Below are positions 61,982-64,000 of a DNA stretch of 64,000 nt, piece after piece. The position numbers were made by a program, and so were the translations under genes. Position 1 is the first letter of the stretch; every line of letters starts with the position of its first letter. Location: assembly GCA_010405405.1 (NCBI GenBank), contig MU004239.1:1504722-1568721 (forward strand). Reading direction: 5' to 3'. This stretch comes from Microthyrium microscopicum (Eukaryota). Under the pieces are notes generated by a model. The model was not told the DNA's origin and ran no database searches. It worked only from the letters and a program-made list of their open reading frames with translations.

Positions 61982-63021
61982 ACGAAGCGTCGGAGCATTT
62001 TGTATTGTTTATCGAATGTAAATACCTGTATATTTCAAGCGTACTCAGGGGTTCTCTCACCGCCATAGCTTTGTTTTTTTTTATCTGATTCATGAACTTT
62101 TCTATCCTTATTCACAATGCGTGCTACCGTGTCAATTCCCAAATCTTGGCAATATAGATACACAGACAGACCAGTTTCAAATTTTGGCGATGTGTATACC
62201 TCTTTTGGTGCTAGCTTAAATAGCAAAGTTCGCCCCGGACACCATCGACAGGAATGATCTACTCAATATTCGTGTATTTTAGATACAAGAAAAGGATCTG
62301 ATTGCAGATTCAACTTGAGCGAACCATAGACTCGTCCGAAAATAAAGTATAAATGGCTTGTTGCTGCAATGAATTGCGTTCAGGCCAATGTGATCCTATA
62401 TCAGTCTCGTTTGACACGACAGGATAGAGGCCGATTTCATCACCCTTGTGGCCAGTAGTAAGAGACATAAGAGCCCAGCAGGTGCTCCTGCACGCCTTGA
62501 CGAGTGTTATGCCTTGTTTTATAAAGGTAGATTAGACATTGGTTGCAACAGATTGACCAGCTTGGAGGCGATGCCGCATCCTCAACAAAAGAGCAAAATA
62601 AACAACGTGCTCCCATCGAATGCGCTATATACCAACGAATTCGAAAGTTATCCAATGCTATCGTCGCTATAGATTTCATTGGGGTTCGTGGTTTTATCGA
62701 ACGAAAAACAAAGTCTGTCTTGCTTATTGGATGCGAGGTTGTCAATCGAGTATGATATTGAGCATACCTCGATAGCTTTTCATGAACGTTTATGGCAGGC
62801 GCGTCCTAGGACTTCGAAATAGAGCAGATGAGCTCATGATCCATTCGCAGACGAGTTCACTTGGTTCAGAGAATATCAAGAACTGTTCCTTATTAGCTGT
62901 GTCTTCGTCAGAATATGTGTGGCTAGCAACTTACCAAACACTCAGAGTGATTTTATGGGCTCGCCAAATGACGAGCCATCTATGTCAGTATGGATCCTCT
63001 TTCGCACAGATTATCAAGCCT

Positions 63022-63061
63022 GTGCTGATACAATATCCTCAGTGCTGATACAATATCCTCA
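63022..63061. repeat. Exact 20-bp tandem duplication overlapping the Y14 stop codon
   Basis: gtgctgatacaatatcctca at 63022-63041 and 63042-63061. Confidence 0.9.
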
Positions 63062-63586
63062 AATCTCATCACGATCTCCTCTCTCCCGCTCCGCGCCAGG
63101 ACTTCTACTCCGACTGCGACCTCGTCGACCTCCTCCACCACCAGCCCGACCACCACGATTGCTCCCCTGACCACCTTTGTTTGGCGGCGGACGCACAAAA
63201 GCGAAATCGACGTGAAGTGTTTGATCTAGGAGCTTTTGGTCATGCGCGCCAGCTATGGCGGCTTTGGCCTCGTCTAGTGTCGGATATTCGATGAGCACGT
63301 ATCCCTATTATACCGTGTTAGAACCTTTTTGTGTGCAACAGTTGCGGCATCTTCGTACCTTGACGTAACCGGTTCTTCTGTCGAGATTCATGTGTAGGTT
63401 CTTGATTTCGCCCCATTCGCCAAACAGATCTTGGATGTCTTCCTCAGAGGCTTCTTCGTGGACATTGGACACCATGATAATCCAGCCTTCAATGCTTCGT
63501 ACTGCTACGGCGCCCGCCGCTGTACGTGTGTCGTGGCTGCCAGATTGGGCTGGGCCGGTTGAGTCGACTTCCATTTCGTTGGACAT
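63059..63586 (-). CDS. RBM8A: Exon junction complex RRM protein Y14
   Basis: [60 protein letters not shown] tail. Intron 63358-63305. Confidence 0.96.
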
Positions 63587-64000
63587 TGTGAAGGTGGTGG
63601 TGCGGTTGAGACTTTGGGTTGGAGGGTTGCGCTTCTTGGCGGCTGTGCTTCTATTTTCTCGTTATTGATTACGAGCCGTTCCTGCTGATGAGAGGATTGT
63701 TATGTGAAATTTTGAGGAGAAGGGTTCAATTGGTAGATGTTGGGTTTGTAGGCAGCCTTGATGTTGTAAATGTGCTGTTCAGAGCTTGAGGTTAGCTGGA
63801 ACGGTTATTATGCCCACTTGCTTCTTTTCAAAACAACCGACCCCACACTCCCAGTCCAGTTCATTAAACAGCCTTGACAGCTCCAAGCTTTTGACAAGGA
63901 CAAGCCAGATCGACAACAATCAAATGAATCATATCGACGGTTCCGCTAACCGACCTATCTTATCATACTGCTAATCGTAATCATGCCGCCTCAAAGTCGG

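Overview
Gene-dense, intron-containing DNA from a filamentous ascomycete (Pezizomycotina-type genes, short GT-AG introns, RIP-like TpA-rich patches). About 27 protein-coding loci and one tRNA-Thr(UGU) gene can be supported. Core genes: ERG3, CBF5, a Cdc34/Ubc15-type E2, Xaa-Pro aminopeptidase, GPI7, FMP42-like MFS, RidA/Mmf1, a TLC-domain protein and Y14/RBM8A. Enzymes and secreted proteins: a PAN/Apple-domain mucin-like protein, P450, GMC oxidoreductase, S28 peptidase, GH76, a GNAT and an FAD monooxygenase. An accessory-looking block (about 4.4-13.8 kb) next to the tRNA holds RIP-degraded DNA, a 5'-truncated metallo-beta-lactamase-fold hydrolase, a HET-domain gene and a divergent MFS/P450 pair. 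The most unusual items are a kinase-domain-only, catalytically degenerate and frameshifted Pkc1 paralogue (47029-48279), a tRNA whose 5-nt intron-position insert exactly duplicates the adjacent bases, and an S28 peptidase with an acidic, KR-containing insert between its catalytic Asp and His. No CRISPR array, intact transposon or biosynthetic backbone gene was seen, and I cannot demonstrate a new multi-gene system. Family assignments come from motif recognition by eye, not database searches.
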